A stretch of 64,000 nucleotides of DNA from a virus. The position numbers and the translations under genes are program-made. The DNA is taken from IMG/VR virus record IMGVR_UViG_3300042695_002264, positions 1 to 64,000 of that record; one strand, given 5' to 3'. The stretch's first letter is position 1; each line of letters starts with the position of its first letter. Under the pieces are notes generated by a model. That model saw only the letters and a program-made list of their open reading frames with translations, searched no databases and was not told where the DNA came from. This document shows, in pieces, positions 1-7,799 of this stretch.

Positions 1-189
1 TACAACACGCAACCGCAATCCGACGAATACGCGACCGAGCACGAGGAAGTGCGCGGCACGTTCGCCGCCGAGCCTGCCGTTGAGCAGGAGCCGCAACCCT
101 ATGATGGGTTTGAGGGGCAGTGGGCTGGGGATGGGTCGGGCTTCGACGACCTCGCAGACTGGGGCGAGCAGGAGGGCTGGGACACGTAA
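1..189 (+). CDS. partial small acidic protein (5' end outside window)
   Basis: Frame 1 open to TAA 187-189: YNTQPQSDEYATEHEE...GDGSGFDDLADWGEQEGWDT; very D/E-rich; shares a motif with 5617..5748. Confidence 0.7.
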   Translation, partial: YNTQPQSDEYATEHEEVRGTFAAEPAVEQEPQPYDGFEGQWAGDGSGFDDLADWGEQEGWDT

Positions 190-308
190 GAGTGTCATAA
201 ACTTTCTCCGAACGTTTCGATGCGTGTCTCCATGACGCGGGAATAAACGATGAGGAGACGAAGCGCCCGTTTAAACGGGCGTTTCAATTTGCTAAAATTC
301 AATGTTGC

Positions 309-385
309 GTAAACCCTTGATATTCAACAACTTACGCTGGCGCGCGGGGCGCGCGGCCGTAAGTCCTTGATAATTAACGACTTAC
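309..385. repeat. 77-bp element copy 1 (core inverted)
   Basis: gtaaacccttgatattcaacaacttac / gctggcgcgcggggcgcgcggcc / gtaagtccttgataattaacgacttac (27+23+27). Confidence 0.95.
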
Positions 386-523
386 GTAACGTCATCAAGA
401 GTGTCATAAAGAATGTCATAGCGCAAAATTCAAACGCTCGTTTGCCAAAACGTCAACAAAAATAGTTTCGCTAATCGCAAAAAAATATCTCGCTTTTCGC
501 GCGTCCTGTGCTATTCTGTATAC

Positions 524-706
524 ATGAGAAACAACAACAGAAGCTGGCGCGACGAAGAACGCGAAGCAACCCTCGACTACCCGCTAGGTGTGGATCGTGA
601 AGATCCCGCCTACCAGCAAAGCCCAGACGCTTACGAGCGTGAAATCGAGCGCCTTAATCGGCACGAAGGCTGGGAGCGTAATCGCGGTGGTTACTACCGC
701 CGATGA
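524..706 (+). CDS. small charged hypothetical early protein
   Basis: 60-aa ORF; ATG 6 nt after an extended -10 (TGCTATTCT). Confidence 0.75.
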   Translation: MRNNNRSWRDEEREATLDYPLGVDREDPAYQQSPDAYEREIERLNRHEGWERNRGGYYRR

Positions 707-714
707 AAAATCGC

Positions 715-743
715 TTGACTTTCAGCCCCATTTCACCGATACT
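715..743 (+). promoter_or_regulatory. sigma70-like promoter, leaderless-type
   Basis: TTGACT-17-GATACT, ATG 750 six nt downstream. Confidence 0.65.
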
Positions 744-749
744 TTCAAC

Positions 750-914
750 ATGACAGAAAACACCACAACTGGCTGGCCCGAAGTCTGGAACTTCGACGAA
801 CCCAAAGACGACAACCTCACGCCCGAACAAGCGTTCGACATCCTTTTCGGCTACGCCGAGGAGCGTCATCGCAACGACCCGTGCGCTCGTCCCGCCCCTA
901 AACCCAAACACTAA
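750..914 (+). CDS. small hypothetical protein (MTENTTTGWPEVWNFDE...)
   Basis: Internal ATG of track ORF 588..914, fits the promoter at 715-743. Confidence 0.7.
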   Translation: MTENTTTGWPEVWNFDEPKDDNLTPEQAFDILFGYAEERHRNDPCARPAPKPKH

Positions 915-918
915 CACT

Positions 919-1128
919 ATGACAAACACAGACGGCATCATCAAGTCGCTTGAAACTCTCATCAAGCATGAGAAAGCAATTCAGCGTCAAGAAAAAGAAA
1001 TTGAAAAATTAAAAGACATCATTGATGGCTCTTTGCAGACGATGCAGGGCCTTCTTGTGTTGAGCGCTGTTCTCTCAAAAGAGATTGAAAGCTTGCACAA
1101 TAATAAGCCTTCTTTTGGACTAAACTAA
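919..1128 (+). CDS. small coiled-coil hypothetical protein
   Basis: 69-aa ORF directly after the previous stop. Confidence 0.7.
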   Translation: MTNTDGIIKSLETLIKHEKAIQRQEKEIEKLKDIIDGSLQTMQGLLVLSAVLSKEIESLHNNKPSFGLN

Positions 1129-1281
1129 CATGAGCAAAATCATTATGACAATCGACACGCGACCGCTTGCGCGTGTCATAGAGCGCAGCGTCCGCAAGGC
1201 ATCTTGCCGCCCATCCTTCGCCATGCGTGTCAAGAAAAAATTCGCGCGCAAGGCAAAGTTTTTTCGCGGTTGGTCTGATCA

Positions 1282-1358
1282 GTAAAGCTTTGAATATCAA
1301 CGACTTGCGGCGGCGCGCCCCGCCGCGCGGCATAACCCATTGCAAATCAACGACTTGC
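1282..1358. repeat. 77-bp element copy 2
   Basis: gtaaagctttgaatatcaacgacttgc / ggcggcgcgccccgccgcgcggc / ataacccattgcaaatcaacgacttgc. Confidence 0.95.
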
Positions 1359-1369
1359 AATATATAGTA

Positions 1370-1386
1370 TTCAGGTAGCGTGCCAA
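1370..1386 (-). promoter_or_regulatory. sigma54-like -24/-12 motif
   Basis: TTGGCACGCTACCTGAA on - strand, at the fixed offset from the element. Confidence 0.55.
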
Positions 1387-1426
1387 TATTGGCGAATCTA
1401 TAAAAATAAAAAAATAAAAAAACCTA

Positions 1427-1455
1427 TTGACGAAAACATCAAACCGAGTTAGCAT
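1427..1455 (+). promoter_or_regulatory. sigma70-like promoter, leaderless-type
   Basis: TTGACG-17-TAGCAT, ATG 1462 six nt downstream; A-tracts upstream. Confidence 0.65.
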
Positions 1456-1461
1456 AAATGT

Positions 1462-1926
1462 ATGAAAAATAAAATTATAACAATCATAGTCACTGCATTG
1501 GTAACCGCAGCAGTTACTTTCGTTACTCTATCACTTACAGATAGCGAACCGCTGACCGACTGGGTAAAAATGGCGAAGTTAAGAATTAAAGGATGCTCTG
1601 ATCCCGAGGCGCACCTGAGCAACGCCAAGCGGATAAAGGGTTGGCTTACCGCAGTTGGAGAGCATGAGCCTGTTAGTGTGAGAATCAGAGAAGGTGTAGG
1701 CTTGCCGCCAGACCAGAGTTTGGCTCCTAAAGGGGTTAAACTCACTCCAACAGCTACAGAAATGTTCATTTTAGTTCGTTCTTCTGATTTTGAGAACAAT
1801 ATCCGTGAGATATACGAATTTGATCTCATGAAAATTATGGTGGATAAGGATGCAAGAAAACAATTAAGAGAACTTATTACCAAAACTAAAGCACAGAGCA
1901 ATGAGTTTGGTTTCGGTAGTAACTAA
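1462..1926 (+). CDS. hypothetical protein with N-terminal signal/membrane anchor
   Basis: 154 aa; MKNKIITIIVTALVTAAVTFVTL; stop lies inside element copy 3. Confidence 0.8.
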   Translation: MKNKIITIIVTALVTAAVTFVTLSLTDSEPLTDWVKMAKLRIKGCSDPEAHLSNAKRIKGWLTAVGEHEPVSVRIREGVGLPPDQSLAPKGVKLTPTATEMFILVRSSDFENNIREIYEFDLMKIMVDKDARKQLRELITKTKAQSNEFGFGSN

Positions 1927-1995
1927 CTGAAATTCAACAACTTGCAGAGCCAGATCGGGCCGCGCGGCGTAACTCCTTGATATTCAAAGACTTAC
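1919..1995. repeat. 77-bp element copy 3
   Basis: gtaactaactgaaattcaacaacttgc / agagccagatcgggccgcgcggc / gtaactccttgatattcaaagacttac. Confidence 0.9.
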
Positions 1996-2006
1996 GCAAA
2001 ACGCTA

Positions 2007-2023
2007 CGCAATAGCCATGCCAA
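2007..2023 (-). promoter_or_regulatory. sigma54 -24/-12 motif (canonical)
   Basis: TTGGCATGGCTATTGCG matches TGGCAYR-N4-TTGC. Confidence 0.65.
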
Positions 2024-2097
2024 GTTGCAGAAAAAAAATTTCACACAATCGCAAAAAAATCCCTTGCATTTTTGCGCGTCCGCGCTATATTGAAATC

Positions 2098-2613
2098 ATG
2101 AAAGAGAGAAAATCACTAAACGAAAAGCCTCTGACTTGCCTGTTCGTCGGCGTTACCCTCGCTTTGGTATCAGCAGGAGTTGCCATTTATGGGTTGCGGT
2201 TTGGGTTTGCGTCTATTGCCTTTTTGCTTGTTGCTGCTGCAATCTTAAATATCGCAGCGTGGTTTTTTGCCACCCCTGTCGTCTCTTTCGTTGGCGATTT
2301 TGTAGGAAAATTTTTTACTGGAAGTCAAAACTTTAGCAAGCCCCAGCCTGCTTACAGCCTGCCAGATGGTCTTGCCGCTACCGGACAAAACGCTTGCGCT
2401 ATCCTTGCCTACAATGAACTTGCAAAAAATCATCCCGAAGAAATCTTGCCTCATCTTCGCGTGATGAGAATATGGATTGAAAAAATGAATGACGTTGACG
2501 CTGCGGTTATGGCTTACAATCTCGCCTTGAAAAAAATTCGCGGACAAAAAAATCGCAACGAGTTTACAAAAATGGCAAAAAATAATTTCAGCAAATTCAT
2601 CAGCTTTGAATGA
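2098..2613 (+). CDS. two-TM membrane protein with TPR-like helical C-terminus
   Basis: ATG 2098 six nt after TATATT; two hydrophobic segments, then helical repeats (PQPAYS...AILAYNELAKNHPEE). Confidence 0.75.
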   Translation: MKERKSLNEKPLTCLFVGVTLALVSAGVAIYGLRFGFASIAFLLVAAAILNIAAWFFATPVVSFVGDFVGKFFTGSQNFSKPQPAYSLPDGLAATGQNACAILAYNELAKNHPEEILPHLRVMRIWIEKMNDVDAAVMAYNLALKKIRGQKNRNEFTKMAKNNFSKFISFE

Positions 2614-2679
2614 GTGTCATAGCAATGTCATAAACGCTCGGTCAAACGGGCGTTTTACTTTGCGCGAAACCAATTCTAT

Positions 2680-2756
2680 ATAAACCCTTGAAAATCAACG
2701 ACTTACGGCGGCGCGCCCCGCCGCGCGGCGTAACCCATTGCAAATCAACAACTTAC
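2680..2756. repeat. 77-bp element copy 4
   Basis: ataaacccttgaaaatcaacgacttac / ggcggcgcgccccgccgcgcggc / gtaacccattgcaaatcaacaacttac. Confidence 0.95.
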
Positions 2757-2767
2757 AACATACATCA

Positions 2768-2784
2768 TTCAGATAGCGTGCCAA
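2768..2784 (-). promoter_or_regulatory. sigma54-like -24/-12 motif
   Basis: TTGGCACGCTATCTGAA. Confidence 0.55.
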
Positions 2785-2866
2785 CTTTGCAGAGGGGCAA
2801 AAAATAAAAAAAATAAAAAACGAAAAAATCCCTTGCGTTTTTGCAGTCCTGTGCTATTCTTTAAGC

Positions 2867-3019
2867 ATGGAAAAGAAAATGACTCAATATGCGGACAAGC
2901 TCAACGCCTTCCGCGCTGGCGAAATCACCGAGGACGAATGGAAAGCGTTCTGTTTTGAGGCTCTCTCCGAGATTCTCGAAGACACGAAAGATGTCCTCAT
3001 CAGGCTGAAAAATGCTTGA
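2867..3019 (+). CDS. 50-aa hypothetical protein (below ORF-track cutoff)
   Basis: MEKKMTQYADKLNAFRAGEITEDEWKAFCFEALSEILEDTKDVLIRLKNA; ATG 6 nt after TGCTATTCT. Confidence 0.75.
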   Translation: MEKKMTQYADKLNAFRAGEITEDEWKAFCFEALSEILEDTKDVLIRLKNA

Positions 3020-3050
3020 CCCAATCGCAACAATCAAACATACTACGACC

Positions 3051-3227
3051 ATGAAACAAACACCACAAAAAGCCCAACTCTGGGCAGTCGGAAACAAAGT
3101 CTATCGCGTCATCCGCAACGAAGGCGACAAGACTCACGTTCATCATCACGGGCAAATGGCCCTGTTCTATACGCGCCATCTGAAAATGGCGACACCTTCA
3201 CAAGTTGCAGAATACTTGGGAAAATAG
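3051..3227 (+). CDS. small beta-rich hypothetical protein
   Basis: TTGACC(3016)-17-CATACT-6-ATG; resembles 9548..9718. Confidence 0.75.
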   Translation: MKQTPQKAQLWAVGNKVYRVIRNEGDKTHVHHHGQMALFYTRHLKMATPSQVAEYLGK

Positions 3228-3263
3228 TTTGACAATCACCACAAAACCTAACAGAATAACAAC

Positions 3264-3479
3264 ATGACAAAAAAACAATTCACCGCAATCGCTAACATCT
3301 TGGGAAAACGCTTGGCCGAAAAAGTCAAAGCACCCATCGGAGAATACGAAGTTGTCGAAGTCCTCGCGTTGGACTTGGCGAAATACTTCTCGACAGAAAA
3401 CCCTCGTTTCGACGAAGATCGCTTTCTGGAAGCTGTTTTTACTCACACCCCTAACATCCCTGTGGGATCATATAAATAA
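3264..3479 (+). CDS. small phage protein (MTKKQF..IA...NPRFD..RF..A type)
   Basis: TTGACA(3229)-17-CAGAAT-6-ATG; NPRFDEDRFLEA motif typical of small phage proteins. Confidence 0.8.
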   Translation: MTKKQFTAIANILGKRLAEKVKAPIGEYEVVEVLALDLAKYFSTENPRFDEDRFLEAVFTHTPNIPVGSYK

Positions 3480-3483
3480 TCAC

Positions 3484-3663
3484 ATGAAAAAATACATCAC
3501 ATTCGACCGCATTGCCTACGCAATGTCCCTCTCCACCTTCATCTTCATCGCCGTGACGCTTTGCGCTGCTTGCGTTGAATTGCAAAACAGAACCAGCAAG
3601 AACCAAAAGCAAATGCAGGAAGAAGTCCGCGCAATGTTTGCCCACATCGAGGCACCTCTATGA
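3484..3663 (+). CDS. small single-TM protein
   Basis: MKKYITFDRIAYAMSLSTFIFIAVTLCAA; ATGA overlap with the next gene. Confidence 0.7.
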   Translation: MKKYITFDRIAYAMSLSTFIFIAVTLCAACVELQNRTSKNQKQMQEEVRAMFAHIEAPL

Positions 3664-3860
3664 TTACCCCCAATATCCAAAAAGCTCTTGAGTCAAACGG
3701 AGTTCGTTTCTTTGCAAAAGACTTTCTCATGGAAGGTATGCGGAAAGACTGCGTTGACGCCGTGCATGATGCAAAACTCGTTTACGAATTGCTAAAAGAA
3801 CGCATGGAAAAAATGCTTGCAATCGAACCCGAAGACGAATACATTAAAGCCAATGAGTAA
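3660..3860 (+). CDS. hypothetical protein
   Basis: 66-aa ORF, translationally coupled. Confidence 0.7.
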   Translation: MITPNIQKALESNGVRFFAKDFLMEGMRKDCVDAVHDAKLVYELLKERMEKMLAIEPEDEYIKANE

Positions 3861-4041
3861 AGACCAAGTCAAAGCCGTGTGCGATTACTCGCATGATGTC
3901 ATAATGAAAATCAAAGCCGTGTTCGGATTCAAAAAGAAAAGTCCTTCGCTTCTTTGTCATAGTCTCGCGCACCTCAACACCGCGACATGGCTTGAGCGCG
4001 CGGTCTGCAACGGCACAATCATGGACTACAAGCCGCGATAA
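3853..4041 (+). CDS. hypothetical protein
   Basis: ATG overlaps the previous ORF end; stop 1 nt before element copy 5. Confidence 0.55.
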   Translation: MSKDQVKAVCDYSHDVIMKIKAVFGFKKKSPSLLCHSLAHLNTATWLERAVCNGTIMDYKPR

Positions 4042-4042
4042 C

Positions 4043-4119
4043 GTAAAGCGCTAATAATCAAGCACTTACGGCGGCGCGCCCCGCCGCGCAGCGTAAGTCG
4101 TTGAAAATCAATCACTTAG
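4043..4119. repeat. 77-bp element copy 5
   Basis: gtaaagcgctaataatcaagcacttac / ggcggcgcgccccgccgcgcagc / gtaagtcgttgaaaatcaatcacttag. Confidence 0.95.
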
Positions 4120-4130
4120 GCAAAAGCACT

Positions 4131-4147
4131 TTCATACAGTGTGCCAA
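4131..4147 (-). promoter_or_regulatory. sigma54-like -24/-12 motif
   Basis: TTGGCACACTGTATGAA. Confidence 0.5.
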
Positions 4148-4230
4148 GTCCGCTGTCAAGTAGAAAAAAAATATTTTTTTAATCGTAAAAAATTCCTTGC
4201 GTTTTTGGCATATTGTGGTATTCTTTAATT

Positions 4231-4470
4231 ATGAAAATCACCAAGCCCGACCTCTACGAAGCCCTCATCCAAGCGCGTGTCGCCTTATCGAAAGACATCC
4301 GCGAAACTTTGCGCGGTCGCCACCTCTCCTACGTTCAAGACCTCTCGCGGAAATCCATCCGCGAAAAAATCGCGGCCTATCGGTTGCTCTCCAACCTCTC
4401 CACGATCAACGCGGAAAGCTACTCGGACAACCGCTCTCTGCGTCACGTTAAAAAAGCTCTTGCCAAGTAA
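4231..4470 (+). CDS. hypothetical basic protein
   Basis: TTGCGT...TGGTATTCT-6-ATG. Confidence 0.75.
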   Translation: MKITKPDLYEALIQARVALSKDIRETLRGRHLSYVQDLSRKSIREKIAAYRLLSNLSTINAESYSDNRSLRHVKKALAK

Positions 4471-4495
4471 CGCAATCTCTGACAAAATCACCACC

Positions 4496-5179
4496 ATGAA
4501 ACTACTAAGCACCAACAATACCAAAATCAAAAAAGGCGAAAAGCTCGGCTGGCGCACTTACGGCCTTTCACTTTCACCCGCTGGCAAAAGTGGAAAACAA
4601 TTCTGTCCGCATCGCTCGGCTGGCTGTGAGTTTGCTTGTCTCGACACTTCGGGCATGGGCATCTTCTCAAACGTCCAAGACGCACGCCTTGCAAAGTCGC
4701 GTTTCTTCATCGACAACCGCAACGAGTTTCTCGCTCAGTTGCATAAAGAATTGCACAATGCCGAAAAGTGGAGCGCAAAAAATAATACGCCTGTGGCCGT
4801 GCGTCCGAACGTGCTTTCTGATCTGCCTTTCCATAAGCTGATCGACATGGCGCGCTTTCCGTCAATTCAGTTTTACGATTACACGCCGAACCTTCAACGC
4901 ATGATGCAGTTTCTAAACGGCGAGTTGCCTAAAAATTATCACCTGACCTTCTCGCGCAAAGAGGACAATCAGCATCGTGTCCACGCTGTTGTTGCCGCTG
5001 GCGGTAACGTGGCCGCTGTCTTTAGTGAGTTGCCCGAAACCTACCTCGGAAAGCCTGTCATAAACGGCGACGAAAGCGACTTGCGTTTTCTCGACGCGCA
5101 GGGCGTGATCGTTGGACTCAAAGCAAAAGGCAAAGCTCTCAAAGATCAATCTGGCTTTGTGGTGCAAGTTGGCGTATAA
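4496..5179 (+). CDS. GP88-like phage protein (Cys-cluster)
   Basis: MKLLSTNNTKIKK...CPHRSAGCEFACL...VRPNVLSD...QFYDYT...NYHLTFS...GDESDLRFLD...IVGLKAKG, typical of the GP88 family; probable start ATG 4496. Confidence 0.8.
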   Translation: MKLLSTNNTKIKKGEKLGWRTYGLSLSPAGKSGKQFCPHRSAGCEFACLDTSGMGIFSNVQDARLAKSRFFIDNRNEFLAQLHKELHNAEKWSAKNNTPVAVRPNVLSDLPFHKLIDMARFPSIQFYDYTPNLQRMMQFLNGELPKNYHLTFSRKEDNQHRVHAVVAAGGNVAAVFSELPETYLGKPVINGDESDLRFLDAQGVIVGLKAKGKALKDQSGFVVQVGV

Positions 5180-5250
5180 TGAAAACCTATGGAAATCATA
5201 ATCCTTCTTGCTGGCATTATCGGTGGCGCATTACTAATAAATAAAAAATT

Positions 5251-5409
5251 ATGACACTAAACCTAATCGCACGAAAAAACTTGTTTCGCTTGTCTGAATA
5301 CTTTTTCAGCCTTGCGGTATGGTGGGAACGCGCTGGCGTTATGACACTCCAAAAACTTTTCTTTATGGGGTGGCAAAAATGCCTTGACACACGAGACAAA
5401 TTACGGTGA
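5251..5409 (+). CDS. 52-aa hypothetical protein
   Basis: MTLNLIARKNLFRLSEYFFSLAVWWERAG...; stop 1 nt before element copy 6. Confidence 0.5.
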   Translation: MTLNLIARKNLFRLSEYFFSLAVWWERAGVMTLQKLFFMGWQKCLDTRDKLR

Positions 5410-5410
5410 C

Positions 5411-5487
5411 ATAACCTACTGAAAATCAACGACTTACGGCGGCGCGCCCCGCCGCGCGGCGTAAGTGCTTGAAAATCAACGACTTAT
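5411..5487. repeat. 77-bp element copy 6
   Basis: ataacctactgaaaatcaacgacttac / ggcggcgcgccccgccgcgcggc / gtaagtgcttgaaaatcaacgacttat. Confidence 0.95.
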
Positions 5488-5498
5488 ACAAAATGCCA

Positions 5499-5515
5499 TT
5501 CAAGAAGCATGCCAA
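5499..5515 (-). promoter_or_regulatory. sigma54-like -24/-12 motif
   Basis: TTGGCATGCTTCTTGAA. Confidence 0.55.
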
Positions 5516-5616
5516 CTCACAGAAAAAACGCTCGTTTGAATTTTCGTCAACAAAAATACTTTTCAGAATCGCAAAAAATCCATTGCATCGTGCCGTGCCT
5601 GTGCTACTCTTTACCT

Positions 5617-5748
5617 ATGCAAGCGAACACCATCACCGACGACTTCAACACGCAAACCCAAAGCGACGAGTTTGCCTCCGAATTTGAGGCTTGGCTCGAC
5701 GCGCAGGAACTGAAATACTGGCAGGAAATCGACGCTCGCGGAAATTAA
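5617..5748 (+). CDS. 43-aa acidic protein
   Basis: TTGCAT...TGCTACTCT-6-ATG; MQANTITDDFNTQTQSDEFASEFEAWLDAQE. Confidence 0.75.
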   Translation: MQANTITDDFNTQTQSDEFASEFEAWLDAQELKYWQEIDARGN

Positions 5749-5752
5749 TTTT

Positions 5753-5989
5753 ATGACAAACACAAACCCACTACACGGCTACCTCTCCGACTGCTGCGGA
5801 GCCGAACACGACATCAACGCCGAACACCACATTCTCAACGAGAGTGTGCGTGGAGGATGCTCCGCTTGCGGACACTACTCGGAGTTTTCCCCTGTGGAGG
5901 AAAACGTCCGGCACAATCAACGCATCAGCCTCTCCGCTCTCAATGCGTTCGTGCCAGACGAGTTGAACTCTTACGAGCAGCCGTGGTAA
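5753..5989 (+). CDS. small Zn-ribbon-like protein
   Basis: SDCCGA...CSACG motifs. Confidence 0.75.
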   Translation: MTNTNPLHGYLSDCCGAEHDINAEHHILNESVRGGCSACGHYSEFSPVEENVRHNQRISLSALNAFVPDELNSYEQPW

Positions 5990-6032
5990 ATTGTTTGACA
6001 CTCTCAACCCTAACAACTAACATCATCAATCT

Positions 6033-6527
6033 ATGAACAAAGCAAAAGTCCTAATCAGTCCTTACGGAAACGGCATCGCTGTCGGCCTTGAGGGAAACAA
6101 AGATCAAATCGAACGCGAATATAATCGCTTTTTTAATTGGGGCGCAGCTGGTGCTGGCGCGAATGTCGAACGTGGCAACGGCGACTCTGAAATCCAGCAC
6201 GGAGAACTTGGCGACTCTTACCTCCACTATGTCGGAGAAGGGTTTGCCTACTTCCTGTCATCGGAAAAAGATATGCTTCGCGCTATGACATATGAACACT
6301 TGACCAAGTGGCAAGATAGCGAAACGTCAGCGCAATATAAAACAAAGCCACGCAATCACAAGAGGGATTCGGGCAAGGTATTCCGCGAACACGCGCAGAT
6401 CGCAGCGCAAGACGAATATAATGAAATCGAACGCGAGAACTTCATGCTCTACCAGAAAGCTCCCGCATACATCTTCCGCGAGCTTGATGGCGGCGCGCCG
6501 TCTTGGAGAAGTGAAACGGAGGACTAA
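6033..6527 (+). CDS. hypothetical protein
   Basis: 164-aa ORF with TTGACA-17-TAACAT upstream. Confidence 0.8.
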   Translation: MNKAKVLISPYGNGIAVGLEGNKDQIEREYNRFFNWGAAGAGANVERGNGDSEIQHGELGDSYLHYVGEGFAYFLSSEKDMLRAMTYEHLTKWQDSETSAQYKTKPRNHKRDSGKVFREHAQIAAQDEYNEIERENFMLYQKAPAYIFRELDGGAPSWRSETED

Positions 6528-6531
6528 TATA

Positions 6532-6801
6532 ATGAAAAAAATACTTGTCACCGTTAAGCAAATTATAGAAGTCCCAGACTCTTTCAAAATTACAAGTTTT
6601 ACAGAGCCAGGAGATGTAGCGTTTGATTATATAAAAATAGGAAAAAAATTAACTGCGCCAGATATAACATGGTTTGACTATGACAAAGTTTCTGGCGTTG
6701 GAAGCGAGAGCGACGAACTCGTTGAGCGTCTCGCCCCTGCAATAGTTGACTACTCCTTGCAAGAATTTTCTTTCGATGAAGATCCTAACGTAAGTTGTTG
6801 A
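6532..6801 (+). CDS. acidic hypothetical protein
   Basis: MKKILVTVKQIIEVPD...; TGA lies inside element copy 7. Confidence 0.7.
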   Translation: MKKILVTVKQIIEVPDSFKITSFTEPGDVAFDYIKIGKKLTAPDITWFDYDKVSGVGSESDELVERLAPAIVDYSLQEFSFDEDPNVSC

Positions 6802-6866
6802 AAATCAACGACTTGCGGCCCCGCGCCCCGCGCCCATGTGTAAGTGCTTGATACTGAACAACTTAT
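6790..6866. repeat. 77-bp element copy 7
   Basis: gtaagttgttgaaaatcaacgacttgc / ggccccgcgccccgcgcccatgt / gtaagtgcttgatactgaacaacttat. Confidence 0.9.
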
Positions 6867-7107
6867 ACATAATACCATAACAAGCCCATCTGATAATAAT
6901 AATGCATTTTTATTCATATGATAGTGTTTTATCTATTTAGCTATTTGACTAATAACTATTTCCTATTTATCTATTTCACTTTTAGCTATTTCGCTATTTG
7001 TCGAAGTATTTAAGAAATTTCGACAGGTTTTTTTGTTATGTCGAAAGGATCGACATGAGAGAAAAACATTTGACTGATGTGTAAATTGTGATAGAGTTGG
7101 AGGTAGA

Positions 7108-7181
7108 GGAGTTTTAGCTCAATTGGTTAGAGCGCTGCCCTGTCACGGCAGAGGTTGCGGGTTCGAGCCCCGTAAACTCCG
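7108..7181 (+). tRNA. tRNA-Asp(GTC)
   Basis: Acceptor ggagttt/aaactcc; anticodon arm ctgcc-ctGTCac-ggcag; GGTTCGAGCCC. Confidence 0.95.
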
Positions 7182-7189
7182 TTTTTTTT

Positions 7190-7264
7190 GGGAAGGTAGC
7201 TCAAAGGTAGAGCAGCGCCCTTTTAAGGCGTTGGTTCTGGGTTCGATCCCCAGTCTTCCCACCA
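7190..7264 (+). tRNA. tRNA-Lys(TTT)
   Basis: Acceptor gggaagg/tcttccc; loop ctTTTaa; encoded CCA. Confidence 0.95.
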
Positions 7265-7330
7265 AAAAAATTTCAAAAAATAATCAAAATACCCGTTGAC
7301 AAAACCATCAAAAAACCCTATTCTTAAAAC

Positions 7331-7594
7331 ATGAAAGCACTACTAAATAAAGTCAAACTCGCAATCGCTGACTCCAAAATCGGTCAGTTCACCAACCCTG
7401 TGTATCGCTTGAAGTATCGGCCTTACACCGAACAAGGAAACAATGAGGTTTATACCTACTTCGTTTCTCGACCCTTCGACTTGTTCGCTAACGGAATCGT
7501 GGCTTACTGCTTCGGCAAAGGTGTTCGCAGGTTCCGCTACGATGAAATCGTTGAGCGGGAAGTTGTATCGCTCTTTGGAAAATCTGTGGCGTAA
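7331..7594 (+). CDS. small protein, possibly WYL/Sm-like fold
   Basis: TTGACA(7296)-17-TATTCT-6-ATG; C-terminal AYCF..GVRRFRYDEI resembles the WYL signature R.FR.DRI. Confidence 0.65.
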   Translation: MKALLNKVKLAIADSKIGQFTNPVYRLKYRPYTEQGNNEVYTYFVSRPFDLFANGIVAYCFGKGVRRFRYDEIVEREVVSLFGKSVA

Positions 7595-7799
7595 AGCCAC
7601 GAATAAACAATCTGCCCGACAATCAATATCGGAAATAAAAGAAGCAAAGTTAACCGGATCTTTGCGGTGGTCGCTTAATGCGAAATATAAAACATCCGCC
7701 GAGGCAGATAAACATTTACAAGTAGCCCGAAAAAATATCGGAAACAAAAGCAGGACAGAATAGCGTCTGTCATCATATACAAAACGCACCGAGGCTTGA

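Noticed and set aside
1019-1360. ORFs spanning elements (1019..1360-, 5217..5429-, 5469..5687+, 9564..9899+, 11632..11829-)
   Set aside because: They are translations of the repeat and promoter DNA or shadows of real genes.
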